In this document: piece by piece, positions 11,066 through 21,732 of the stretch
Layout: each line of letters begins with the position of its first letter
How positions within the stretch are numbered: the stretch's first letter is position 1
DNA from: Chiloscyllium plagiosum
Taxonomy: Eukaryota
Length of the DNA stretch: 30,697 nt
Assembly (NCBI RefSeq): GCF_004010195.1
Contig: NC_057720.1
Location: 14,261,947 to 14,292,643 of the forward strand
Reading direction: 5' to 3'
Position numbers and translations under genes: made by a program
Notes under the pieces: generated by a model
The model's input: only the letters and a program-made list of their open reading frames with translations
The model's database searches: none
What the model was told of the DNA's origin: nothing

Positions 11066-11401
11066 AGGGTGGAACAGTGGGTCAGTGGTTAGCACTGCTG
11101 CCTCACAGCGCCAGGGATCCGGGTTCAATTCTACCCTCAGGCGACTGTCCATGTGGAGTTTGCACATTCTCCTGTATTTGCATGGGTTTCCTCTGAGTGC
11201 TCCGGCTTTCTCCCACAGTCCAAAGGTGTGCCTGTTAGGTGAATTGGTCATGCTAAATTGTCCATAGTGTGCAGGCTAGGTGGGTTAACCAGAGGGAAAT
11301 TCAGGGTTACAGGGATGGGTTAGGGGTCTGGGTGGGATGGTCTTCAGAGGGTCAGCGTGAACTCAATGGGCCAAATGGCCTACTTCCACACTGTAGGGAT
11401 T
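11066..11401 (+). mobile_element. Full-length HE1-type V-SINE
   Basis: A box TGGGTCAGTGG, B box GGTTCAATTC, V-domain, CR1-like tail. Confidence 0.92.
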
Positions 11402-11419
11402 ACATATCTACAAGTGACT

Positions 11420-12078
11420 TTTCCCACCTTTACTACCCTGCAGGCAGTGCATTCCAAATTCCCACCACCCTGACTGAAGTTAATAAGATTGTGAATGGCA
11501 TGGATAAAAAGGAAAGTCTAAGGCTTTTTCCCAGGGTGGAGGGGTCAATTACTAGGCACACAGGTTCAAGGTGCAAGGTGGAAATATTAAAAGAGATATG
11601 CAAGGCATTCCTTTCACGCAAAGGTGTGGTGAGGCCCTGGACTGCGCTGCCATTGGAGGTAGCGGAAGCAGACACAATAGTAGCGTTCAAGAAGCAGCCT
11701 GGACCAAACATGAATAGGAATATTCAGTGTCTGAATAGAGGGATCCTGTAAGTGAAGAGAGTTTATGCATGGAAGAGCAAAATGTGTCGGTGCAAGCTTG
11801 GAGGGCTGTAGGGCCTGTTCCTGTGCTGTATTGTTCTTTGTTCTTGGTGAAAAACATTTTCCTTGAATCCCCCCTAAACCTCCAGCCTCTGACCTTTTAA
11901 AATTATGCCACTTGTTATTGACTCTTTGACTAAGGGCAATAGCTGATTCCTAAACACTGTCCATATCCCTCATGATTTCATACACTTAGGTCAGGTCCCC
12001 CTCAAACCTTTTTTGTTCTAAAGAAAACAACCTGATCTTATCCAGCCAAGTGCTCCATCCCAGGCAATATCCTGGCGA
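11420..12078 (-). mobile_element. Degenerate CR1 fragment interrupted by an opposite-strand CR1 3' end
   Basis: GCATTCCAAATTCCCACCACCCTG (to ~11473) resumes as GGTGAAAAACATTTTCC at 11846, colinear with 21941-21985. Confidence 0.7.
11474..11845 (+). mobile_element. CR1 3' end
   Basis: TEVNKIVNGMDK...LFPRVEGSITR...VVRPWTALPLEVAEADTIVAFKK; tail (TTGTTCT)n. Confidence 0.85.
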
Positions 12079-12994
12079 ATAATTGAAATAATATGCACTC
12101 ACCAGTCAATTTACTGATACCAGCTAGAATTTATATTCCTCATATGTTTGTCTGTATTCTTCACATTCCTGTTCAACCATAGTTCTACTCAAAGGAGGAT
12201 AACCCCCATTGAGCTACGCATTTTAAATGACCGTGGTCAAGTTATAAATCCATCACCAGACCAGATTACAGGTACACCTTCCAGCACTTTCATGGATGTC
12301 ATTTGATATAGATCCCTTACATCGTCTCAGCAATCATCATCACGTGAAGCAGTCATTGTTCAGTAAATAATAATGCTGCAGTAACAGCCAATAGGAGTGT
12401 CAGAGGTCATTCTCATTTGGATCACACGCTGGTATAAAGTGTTGTCCTGTAAGGCTGAAATGACTGCATCATAATACCTGTCGGTGCTAAACAATCAGAA
12501 TCCTGGTTGTTTATTTTTTAGAATTTGTAGTGTTTTGTGATAGTTCCTTGACATCAAGCAAGCACAAGTAAAGAAGCTTTAGAAAATATTATACACATTG
12601 GTCTGACTCCTTGAAAGCCAACCAAGCTGTATGTATCTCAAAGAATAAAAAATAGAGTCCAAGTGTTAAAACTGAGAGTCCTGGACTGAAAGTGGAATGC
12701 TTGCATGCAATACTATTTTACTTCTCTTTTGGTGTGCCTTTGGTTTCTTCAGCTTTTTTCTGCACTTTCCTCCTTCATATTTCTTTTATCAAATTCATCC
12801 CTAAGTATTCTTCACTTCTTCCACATGTAATTCATGAATCTTCAAATCAAGACAATAGTTTCCAAGCCTATCGGAGAGATCCTTGCTAAACTCTAGTGCA
12901 GCAACTCATAACTTCATCAACTAACAAACTTTACATGGAGGCAACCATTATTTTAAAACTGCTCCCACTCCAAAATATTCCTCAAGAGAAATGA

Positions 12995-13275
12995 ATAGAA
13001 TAGAATCGCTACCATGTGGAAACAGGCCATTTGACCCATTGAGTCCACATCAAGCTTCCAAAGAGCACCCTACCCAGCCCATCTCCTATTCTATCCCTGT
13101 AACCCTGCATTTCCCATAGCCAATCCACCTAGCCTGTACATCCTTGGACTGTGGGAGGAAACCCAGGCAGCCACAGGGAGAATGTGCAATCTCTACACGG
13201 ACAGTCGCCTGAGGTTGGAATTGAACCTGGGTCCCTGGTGCTATGAGGCAGCAATGCTAACCACTGAGCCACCCC
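12995..13275 (-). mobile_element. HE1-type V-SINE
   Basis: Minus-strand head GGGGTGGCTCAGTGGTTAGCATTGC, B box GGTTCAATTCC, (ATTCT)n tail. Confidence 0.9.
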
Positions 13276-13288
13276 TAAAATTAACTTC

Positions 13289-13586
13289 TCATAGAATCCC
13301 TGCAGTGTGGAAGTAGGCCATTCAGCCCATACTGACCCTCCAATCCCCACCCAGAATCCCTGTAACCCTGCATTTCCCACAGCTAATCCAGCCAGCACAT
13401 CCCTGGACACTATAGGCAATTTAACAAGGCCGATCCAACTTACTTGCACATCTTTGGACTGTGGAGGATACCGGAGCACCTGGGGGAAACCCACAGGGCG
13501 AATGTGCAGATACCACACAGTCAACCAAGGGTGGAATGGAACCTGGGTCCCTGGCACTATGAGGGAGCAGAGAGAACCACTGAGCT
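13289..13586 (-). mobile_element. HE1-type V-SINE, tandem with the previous copy
   Basis: Same architecture, more diverged head. Confidence 0.88.
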
Positions 13587-14029
13587 GTCCCAAATGTTCC
13601 TGGAATCATGGTGTAATAAAATGACATAAAATACCTATTACTGAGGTATGGCAAAGATGTTAGCCAAACTGTCCCTTTGATTTCCTTCCCTTCAGACAGT
13701 ACCTGTGTATGAGCAAGCTAGGCCTACGGCCTTACATTCCAGAATTGTGAGCCTGATCAACAAACGTTAATGGCACTGTTGAATTATCTGTATTATTTTA
13801 ACGATACTTCATGTATTATATTAGGGGAATTGATGCGTAATAATTCATGAACACTATGTCAATTAAGTGTGAATAATTTTGCATACAGGTGCCTGTTTGT
13901 GCTTCCTAACACGTAGTTTGCCTGAAGTGACAGGAATACATTAAAGTATATCTGCGCATGAAAAAGGCTCATTATAAAGATGAAAATCTTCATTACAAAG
14001 ATTTTCATCTTCATTGATGCATCCCTGAT

Positions 14030-14262
14030 TTCCAATGCTTCATCATGGAGACTGAGCCTTCAGCAGCTTAGGCTCTGATGTCAAAGATTCCCTCCTTAAA
14101 TCTATCCGCCTCTTTGCTGTTTTCCTCCTCTTTTAGACACTTCTTAAAACATACCTCTTTGATTGAGAGTTGGGTTCACCACTCTTAATATCTCCTCTGT
14201 GGATAATATTCCTGTAAATTGCCTCAGGATATTTTACCCTTGTAATTGGCATTGCATAAATG
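14030..14262 (+). mobile_element. L2-clade LINE 3' end, degenerate
   Basis: GAGCCTTCAGC..GATTCCCTCCTTAAATCTATCCGC..CTTCTTAAAACATACCTCTTT (AFS...SLLKSIR...LLKTYLF, typical of L2 ORF2 ends); related tail on minus strand at 24655-24760. Confidence 0.65.
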
Positions 14263-14280
14263 AATCCTAAAGTTAAACAC

Positions 14281-14378
14281 TGTTCTGAAGAGAGTCACAT
14301 GAGACTCAAATCATTAATTCTGTTTCTCTCTCCACAGATCCTGCCGGGTCTGCTGAGTTTCTTCAGTACTTTCTGCTA
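14281..14378 (+). mobile_element. PLE terminal repeat (family C) starting at a decayed hammerhead
   Basis: GTT-CTGAAGA-GAGTC/ACATGA/GACTC-AAAT-CA-TT-AAT then CTCTCTCCACAGAT...CTGCTGAGTTT. Confidence 0.75.
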
Positions 14379-14574
14379 CCAAATAAATGTATTTTGTTGT
14401 CGGAAATACAAGCGGATCAAATGTTACAAACAAAAATTTGAAGTGAAGTGCAAATGCGTAATCTCTGGTGTATTTCTTATTCGTAATTTCTCAAGATACT
14501 CAAAATTAATGAGTCTCAATGTATGTTTGCATCATTAAACAAGCTACAGTCAAAGGGAGTAGGGAGGCAATGCT

Positions 14575-14662
14575 TTGAATCAAAACGTAGCTTGCTCTCT
14601 CTCCATGGATGCTGCCTGACCCACTGTGATCTCCAGCATTTGTTGTTTTCAGCATCTGCAGT
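14575..14662 (+). mobile_element. PLE terminal repeat fragment (family C-like)
   Basis: AAAACGTAGCTTGCTCTCTCTCCATGGATGCTGCCTGACC...CAGCATCTGCAGTA. Confidence 0.7.
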
Positions 14663-15632
14663 AATTTGCTCCGATGGGGTAAGGAGGCAGGATGGGCACA
14701 GAAAGGCTACAGAAACAACGCACTGGTAAACTAAAGGTGTCCTGTAGAGTGATGATCTTGAAAGGAGCACAGGAGTTAAAACTACAGTGTTGTGTACTGT
14801 ACAACCGGGCTATTATTACTGTTACAAACAAGAATTGCCTGTTACCTTACGGGATTTAAAGCGTAAATAGAAGTGATGTGCAGAACGGCAGTTTGTCAAG
14901 TCATTAACAATAATCTTATTAACAGCCTTCAACCTGTGGCAGAGCCCATGAATATTTATGAAATCTGTTCTAAACAACTGGTGATAAAGGCGATGGAGAA
15001 GATTGTTGGGTGGCTGTGAGGGCACTGTCACAGTTTTAAATTGACTAATAGCATCAAGTAGGACATAGGAGCCCAATAAACTCTTAACAGAGCCTGTTAC
15101 ATGAGACATAATGAAAAATATATTAATTGGATAAATAAAAGAGAGACCTGTGCTCGCTCTAACCCAAATTAAAGCGAGCACTATTAGCAATGGGGCAATG
15201 TTGTGTGACAGTTAAGCTTAATAGCTGCTTGTATGCAATGATTTGTTTAGTAGTTTATGAAGCATAAGATTTACCATTGATTGCTCCACCAAGCTGACAA
15301 AGAGAGAGACCATTCAGTCCATCAAACTCATTCTTTCACACACAAAGAAAGATCATCAGATCATTCAACTGTACCTTGAATGATGGCAAAGAGGGTGGAG
15401 TTTTATGGATGCCACTTGGGCAGGTTGCCACGGCATTGACTTCTAAGATCCACTGTGTGGCCTACCACTACACTCCAGCCGATCTCTGGCCTGTGGATGG
15501 TTGGGGGAGCAGGGTCATCAGTTGGCCATCCTGTCCTTGATCCAATTAATGGACACATAAGTACATCATTCCCACAATATCACATCCACCCTGCTATTTA
15601 AGGAGGGAGGGCATAGATGGGGAGAGCGCACG

Positions 15633-15785
15633 GACATAGGAACATGAGTAGGTAATTTAACCACTCAAGCCTGTTCCACCATTTAATGAGGTAATGAGTG
15701 ATGTGTGGCCTAACTCCATATGGTGACTTTGCTGCCCATCCTTATCCCCAAATACCTTACCACAAGTAACAAGACCATAATATCT
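15633..15785 (-). mobile_element. CR1 3' tail fragment
   Basis: GAGTAGGTAATTTAACCACTCAAGCCTGTTCCACCATTTAAT matches 21757-21800. Confidence 0.7.
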
Positions 15786-17139
15786 TGGGAGCAGCCATAG
15801 TTGGCAAGATGGGAGGGAACTTTCCTTTGGGGATACCTGTACATATCAGAAATCTCCTCCAATACATGCAGTTTCTCTCACAAATGCACCCCCACGACAT
15901 GGTCACACTGCCCTTTAGTACATCCCTATTCAGCCTCTCAAGCCTGGACATCTATCCCACACTCACAACAGATTGGGTAGATTGACCTTCATTCTGGTCT
16001 CCATCACTTCTGCCTCCTTGGGTAATTCCCAGCAGCAGTCACCATTAGAACCCAGTGCTGTGGGGACCAGAGAGCAACCGGCCAATCTAATTGGTCGGCT
16101 GCTGTTTAAGATGGGCATCATGCCCCATCCTAGATAAGCAGAGTGGGAGGCATAACCCCGATCATCAGCCATTTAATGCCCCACAAAGCATAAAATGGGG
16201 GGTAGCTAAGATTGATGGGGATGCACTCCCCAGTGATCCTACGGTTAGGACAAGGGCTGGAAAACTCAGAAAAACTCTTTTATCATCATTCCCCTGCGTG
16301 GGTCACAATTCTGCGTATCAGTCAACCTTTATGACATCAAACTGTAAACTTTGAACGGCAGTAGTGGCTTATTTTGAAATACACCTCACACTAACCCTTC
16401 ACAATTCCACTTTATTACCTTTAACAACTCCGTGAACACTCCCTTCACTGATCTTTCCTTGAAGCTGAGGACTCCAGCATTTCTAACCCTCCCTAAAAAC
16501 TCTCCACTGGCGTCAGGGAATGAGCTGCATTACCATTACCAACTATTAGCTAATTACAACTATAATTATGACTAACTACATTTTACTGTGCACCAGAAGC
16601 AGATATACAGTGGAAACCCAGTGTGGTGCCAGTCACATTCAGCACCAACAGTCCCACGCTGAAACATTTTTCACCTTTTGCTAAATGGCCTCAGGCCCAT
16701 GAGTTTCAAACAATAACTGGCAGCTGCTGTTTGCTGTTGCCCTTCTGCTTATTTTAACATGCTCTGCTACGACAGAGGAAGATCTGTTCCAAGACAGGGT
16801 CCTACATTTCACATTGTTACCACAAAAGGTAGTCAATCACCTCACAAGTCCACTGAAGCTTTGGTCTTCACTGTCTTTAAGACAACAAAAGTGAATTCCT
16901 TCTCAACTGCGAAAGTACATGTATCCCTTGGGTCTTCTTTGCCATTCAATGATCGACCGTCTGTCTGGACTCCATTGTTTCACCCATTCCCCACTATCCC
17001 TTGAACAAAACCCTCAGCCTCAAATATACTCATCAATGGCATATCCACAACCTTTTGAGGTTAACAATTCCAAAAATTCACAACCCTCGAAATGTAAAAC
17101 TTCTCATCGTCTCATTCTTAATTGATTGAGGAAAAACTG

Positions 17140-17263
17140 AAAGAACTGTGGATGCAAATCAGAAACGGAAACAGAAGATGCTGGAAAAGATCAGCGCGTC
17201 TGGCAGCATCTGTGGAGAGAAGTCAGAATTAATGCTCTGGGTCAAGTCACCCTTCCTCAGAAC
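17140..17263 (-). mobile_element. PLE terminal repeat (family C) ending at its decayed hammerhead
   Basis: Minus strand GTT-CTGAGGA-A-GGGT/GACTTG/ACCC-AGAG-CA-TT-AAT followed by CTCTCCACAGATGCTGCCAGAC. Confidence 0.78.
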
Positions 17264-17341
17264 CAAGCACTGAGGATGTCCCCTAGACAGGGGACGAAAC
17301 GTCTGCAACACAAATTCCCAGCTCGGCGAACAGAACCACAA
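17264..17341 (+). mobile_element. 78-bp hammerhead-containing insertion (family D) with 12-bp TSD
   Basis: TSD CTTCCTCAGAAC at 17252-17263 and 17342-17353; insert is unlike the other repeats here and retains its CpGs. Confidence 0.9.
17267..17306 (+). ncRNA. Intact minimal type I hammerhead ribozyme
   Basis: Stem I GCA/TGC (17267-69, 17304-06); CTGAGGA 17270-76; extra T; 7-bp stem II GTCCCCT/AGGGGAC with AGAC loop; GAAA 17296-99; palindromic ACGT; GTC^ cleavage after 17303. Confidence 0.88.
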
Positions 17342-18611
17342 CTTCCTCAGAACTGTCTAACTGACTGAGCCCATATATTGAGACTGTGTCCTTGTGTTCT
17401 AGGCTCCCAGCCAGAAAAAATACGCTCAGTCTCCACCCCTTCAAGGCCCTCCCAGGAATTTGGATGCTTCAATGGGATCATTCCTGTTCTTCTGATTAGT
17501 ACAGACCCAATTTATTCAGCATCTGGCACAGGACCACCTTCTCATTCCAGGGAACAATCTGGAGAATCTTCACTGTCGTGGTTCTGAGTAAATACATTCT
17601 TTCCTCGATGGAGAAACCAAAACTTATATAAATTTCATAACTTTCCAATATTCCAGCTGAGTCTTCCACAAAGCCCTGTACAGTTGTAACAAGACTTTCT
17701 TACTCTTCAATGTCCCTCTCCTTGCATTGAAGGCTCAGATGCCATTTTCCTTCCAACATTACTCTTGGTTTCTACCCAACTCTACAAAAATGAGTTGCAA
17801 CTAGCTGAGATCCCAGTGCTGATCCTAGTCATAGCCTGTCAAGTTGAAAATAGACTACCTTCCTCCACTCTTTACTTCCAGAACATTCACCAATCCTATG
17901 TCCATGCTGATCTATTGTCCCAACTCCATGAACCATTATCTTGCATATTAACATTCTGTGTTAGTGGCTTTTTTTTTTAGAAATTCTGGTATGTTACATG
18001 ACCTTACTCCTTTGTCTATCCTACTGTAGTTTTGTACTCAAAAATCTCTAATAAATTTGTCAAGTGTGATTTCTTTTTATAAAGCCATGTTGACTCTGAT
18101 CACACAATGATTTTCTAAGTGCGCTGTTAAGATTTCTTTAATAATAGATTCCATTATTTGCCTGACAACAAATGTCAGACTAACCGGCCTTCAGTCCCCT
18201 GCTTTCTCTCTCCTTCCTCTCTGGAATAGCAATGTTACTTTTGCTAACTTCCATAAAACTGGGACAATTCTGAAATCTAGGGAATCAGCACATCCACACT
18301 TTCTGCAGTTATCCCTTTCGGTCTCCTTCCATTTCAATAGATCTGTTTGAAAGATTCTCTTTAAAACCTTGGAAGGCACATCACTTACAAACCTTGGGAA
18401 TACCTTGGTTTCAACTGACAGAAAATCTCAGAATGCATATTAACATTCTGTGTCATTTCCCCACCTTCTCCCCATAATTCTGCAAGTTCTTCCTTTTCAG
18501 GTAACAGACTCATTCCCTTTGAACACTTCAATTGAACAACACTCTGTGGCAGTGAATTTCAGATCTTTGTTGTGTTAAAGCGTTTTTTGTTCATGCTGCT
18601 TTCTCTTATAG

Positions 18612-18695
18612 TTTCAAATGAACCTGTTGGACTGTAACCTGGTGTTGTTTGATTTTTAACTTTGTCCACCCCCTCCAACACCGGGACTTGCACAT
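18612..18695 (+). mobile_element. PLE-type terminal repeat fragment (family E)
   Basis: AACCTGTTGGACTGTAACCTGGTGTTG matches 9494-9520; its 3' end matches the reverse complement of 9415-9446. Confidence 0.65.
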
Positions 18696-18711
18696 ATTGT
18701 TTTATCTTACT

Positions 18712-19340
18712 TCGACTTCAGGAAGCAGAGTGGAGGGCACGCCCCTGTCTGCGTCAATGTAGCTGAGGGGGAGATGGTCAAAAGCTAGGCGTGACGATCA
18801 CCAACAATCTGTCCTGGTCCACCCTCCTTGATGAGACAGTCAAGGGTGCACATCAACACCTCTACTTCTCTCAGGAAGCGATGCAAATTCAGTATGTTGG
18901 TAAAGGCACTTACCAATTTTTACAGTTGCACCATAGAAAGCATTCTATCCAAATGCATCACAACTTGGTATGGCAATTGTTCTGTGCAGGACTATACGAA
19001 ACTATAGAGAGTTGTGAACACAGCCCAGACCATCACACAAACCAACCCTCCCATCCATTGACACCATCTACACTTCTCACTGCCTCGGACAGGCAGCCAA
19101 CATCATCAAAGACCCCTTCCACCTCTTCCAACCTCTTCCGTCAGGCAGACGGTACAAAAGCTTTGAAAAACATACCAAAAGATTCAAAAACAGCTTCTTT
19201 CCTGCTGTTCTTCGGCTTCTGAATGGAACTTTCAAATTTTAGATTTAATGTTGATTCACTCTTTGTGCACCTTCTCTGCAGCTGTAACATTGTATTTTTC
19301 CCTCTAGGTATGAGTGGCAATAATAAATCAAATCAAATTA
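18712..19340 (+). mobile_element. Rex1/Babar-clade LINE 3' part, decayed
   Basis: DFRKQSGGHAPV...GVTITNNLSWS...HLYF, frameshift, LTNFYSCTIESILSKCITTWYGNCS; tail AATAAATCAAATCAAAT. Confidence 0.85.
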
Positions 19341-19359
19341 GATCCTGCTACAGAGACCT

Positions 19360-19690
19360 GGATGCAATAATCTTGGGTGATACTTCAGTTTAATACTGAA
19401 TCTGGCCCTGAACTGTTGGATGTCTTGTCTTTCGGATGAGACGTGAAAGGTTCTGAAGTAGATGTAAATAGACGAAATGGCACTATTTGAAGTGGAATTT
19501 TTCCTGATCTACCGTCCAATATTTATCCGTCAACCATCACAAAAACACACCATGTGGTGATTATCACATTGCTGTGAACAAAATGGGATAGCATGTTCCC
19601 ATACTATAGCAGGGACTGCACTTCAAAGTGTATCACTAGTTACAAGGCACTTTGAAACTCCAGACATGGGATTGTGTAGGCCATATGCCA
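19360..19690 (+). mobile_element. Deu-domain SINE (SacSINE1/AmnSINE-like), degenerate
   Basis: GTCTTTCGGATGAGACGTGAAA...ATGGCACTATTTGAAG...CCAATATTTATCCGTCAACC...ATTATCACATTGCTGT...GACTGCACTTCAAA. Confidence 0.75.
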
Positions 19691-19934
19691 CTGAGACAGA
19701 CTGCATAGTCCAAACCATTCATGAGAGCAATTATGCTCCTCTTGAGCCATGTCTTTAAACATTTTTGTGAATTTCTGCAGAGTTCTTTAATGGGAAATTG
19801 CCACTTTTATAGCCACTGCATAGTAGCAGCATGAACTCTGAGATATTTTGCCTTTCCAAGGTCATATGACATAGTGTTTCACATGCAACCTCACAAATGG
19901 ACCGAAGACCCTTTTCTGTTGCATAAGCTGTGAT

Positions 19935-20012
19935 TGTTTGAAATGTGATGTTCTTGCATTTGTTCTGACGATTGCAAGGTGAAAAGGTTTAGTAAGATGC
20001 TTCTCTTTGCTG
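19935..20012 (+). mobile_element. Probable PLE terminal repeat relic (family F) with decayed hammerhead-like motif
   Basis: TGTT-CTGACGA(19965-71)-TTGCAAGGT-GAAA-AGGT-TT; related sequence on minus strand at 21320-21360. Confidence 0.45.
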
Positions 20013-20739
20013 TAAAGCAGCAGAGGTCCTTCTGTGGGGGTGAGCTTTTGCCAATTTATTTCCAGCTGCATTCTAACCTGCTGTTTCACTTAAACTCTTT
20101 AATTAAACAGCAGCATCAGCACTCCGCACGAACTGCAACTTTACATCACTTAGACAGGATTAGAAAGGCTTAAGTGCACAAAAGGAAACTGAACATCAAC
20201 AAGGTCTTATCTACTCATTTAATTCCTTTAGTTTGCCCTTTCATCCTGTTCACCTTAATGAGCGAACGAGTGAATAAGCAGGAGTGCTTCTGCTCAAAAG
20301 AAATGAAATCCCTAAGAAACTGTCACCAACAACTTTTAGTTTAGCATTAACTTATAAAGGTAATGCTTTCCCTTTTCAGCCGATATAAATAACTTCCTGA
20401 TTAGCAAGTCCTAGTTCTACCTGACCGTTCTAAGTGGCAGGAACTGTACTTAGTCCACATGTAGCCACTTACATTGGGCTGGAAGCAGACTGGCTGTCAT
20501 TCCTCACTCACATCAGCAGCTGGTGACGTGCTCAGGGAGGGCAAAAGGCTGGGGAGGAAAATCAAAGGGACTTTTACCTTGGAAAGGAAGATGTGCACAT
20601 ATCAACACATACTCATCTTTCAACTCCTGATTAAAACTCAGTAAGCCTGGTGACACTGTCACATTTGTAAATATCCTTGAGTATAAGATTGTAAGAAATC
20701 TATAGGGCTCACCATGGGGTTGGTGAGCTCAATCCATTG

Positions 20740-20925
20740 GATGAGCAGGAGGCTGGAAGAGCACAGCAAGCCAGGCAGCATTAGGAGGTGGAGAAGTCAA
20801 TGTTTCAGCTTTAACCCTTCTTCAGGACTGGAGATGGAGGGGGTAGGGGGTGGGGAGCTACAGATAAAGAGAGGGGGGAAGAGTTATGGGTGGGGAGAGG
20901 GGCAGAGTGGTGAGGTAGTTGAGAT
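20740..20925 (-). mobile_element. PLE terminal repeat (family B)
   Basis: Minus strand AGTC-CTGAAGA-AGGGTTAAAGCT-GAAA-CA-TT-GACT (stem I AGTC/GACT); homologous to 24290-24425. Confidence 0.8.
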
Positions 20926-20984
20926 GGTTGCAAATACAGCAGCTGAGGAAGGTCACATGACTGTAGTAGCAATTTAAACAGCAG

Positions 20985-21150
20985 AGTGATGCCAACAGCA
21001 TAGGTTCAGAGCCCACTCTGGATACGGTTATCATAGAGGATCTTCCCTCCCAATCTCTTCCCTTGCCTGAAGTGTGGTGATCCTCAGGTTAAACTATCAC
21101 CAGTTGTCTCCACAGATCCTACATGATTTGTTAGAACTATGGTGGCTTTA
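20985..21150 (+). mobile_element. Unclassified SINE-like repeat
   Basis: B-box-like GGTTCAGAGCC followed by GCCTGAAGTGTGGTGATCCTCAGGTTAAAC; recognised only by recollection of shark repeats. Confidence 0.35.
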
Positions 21151-21269
21151 CCTGCAGATAGGGTTTAATAAGTGTTGTAACTGTTACCAGAATTGTAATG
21201 TGCTAGTAATCTGCTAGGAGATTGGAACCCATATAACAGACTGCTCTGGGTAGAGTCTGGAAGTATAGA

Positions 21270-21478
21270 ATTTGAGTGTTGCTGAAAAAATAATCTAATA
21301 CCACAATAATAATAATCAATCAAAGCTTCCGGTCTTGCCCTTATCAAGACAATTTGCATTAAAAAACAGAAAACAATATGTATATTGTATGACAACACTG
21401 CTTGGATAATCAGTAGACACAAATTAGTAGACTTATTGCCAAAAGGATTGAACCAGTTAATGATGACTGGAAGTTAAT
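21270..21478 (-). mobile_element. Probable PLE terminal repeat relic (family F)
   Basis: Minus strand TGTC-TTGATAA-GGGCAAGACC-GGAA-GCTT-TGA resembles 19961-19990; heavily decayed. Confidence 0.4.
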
Positions 21479-21576
21479 TTTTAAATAAGGTAGTGCCATA
21501 TAGTACTCATACAAATATTGTTATCCCCTACGCTCTGGTATTCCGCTGATTGCCCCTGTTATTCATACTGACCCCC

Positions 21577-21621
21577 ATCACTCACACTCACCCGCTCACT
21601 CACACTCACCCCAGTCACTCA
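21577..21621. repeat. Short tandem repeat (TCACTCACACTCACCC x2)
   Basis: Directly visible. Confidence 0.85.
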
Positions 21622-21732
21622 AGTGAACCTTACCTCCTCCACCTCTACGCTTCCTCTCAATCACAGATACCCAGCCTCTCCCCTCACACTCTTGCTCTGC
21701 ACACTGGTATATCTATGAGGTAATCCACAGTA

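Larger units (their letters stand above)
16945..18310 (-). mobile_element. Old CR1 fragment(s), interrupted by PLE repeats at 17140-17353
   Basis: Colinear with 21790-22900; ORF 18191-18379 contains VPVLWKLAKVTLLFQRGRREKAGD (compare CR1 VPxDWKxANVTPLFKKG). Confidence 0.7.

Noticed and set aside
14822..15190. 122-aa minus-strand ORF
   Set aside because: No recognisable domain, non-ATG start; region looks non-coding.
15395..16275. GC-richer segments resembling a non-autonomous DNA transposon, with small palindrome CCGGCCAAT-CTA-ATTGGTCGG
   Set aside because: No definable TIR pair or TSD.
20940..20972. CTGAGGA followed by a GTCA/TGAC stem
   Set aside because: GAAA and stem III are missing.
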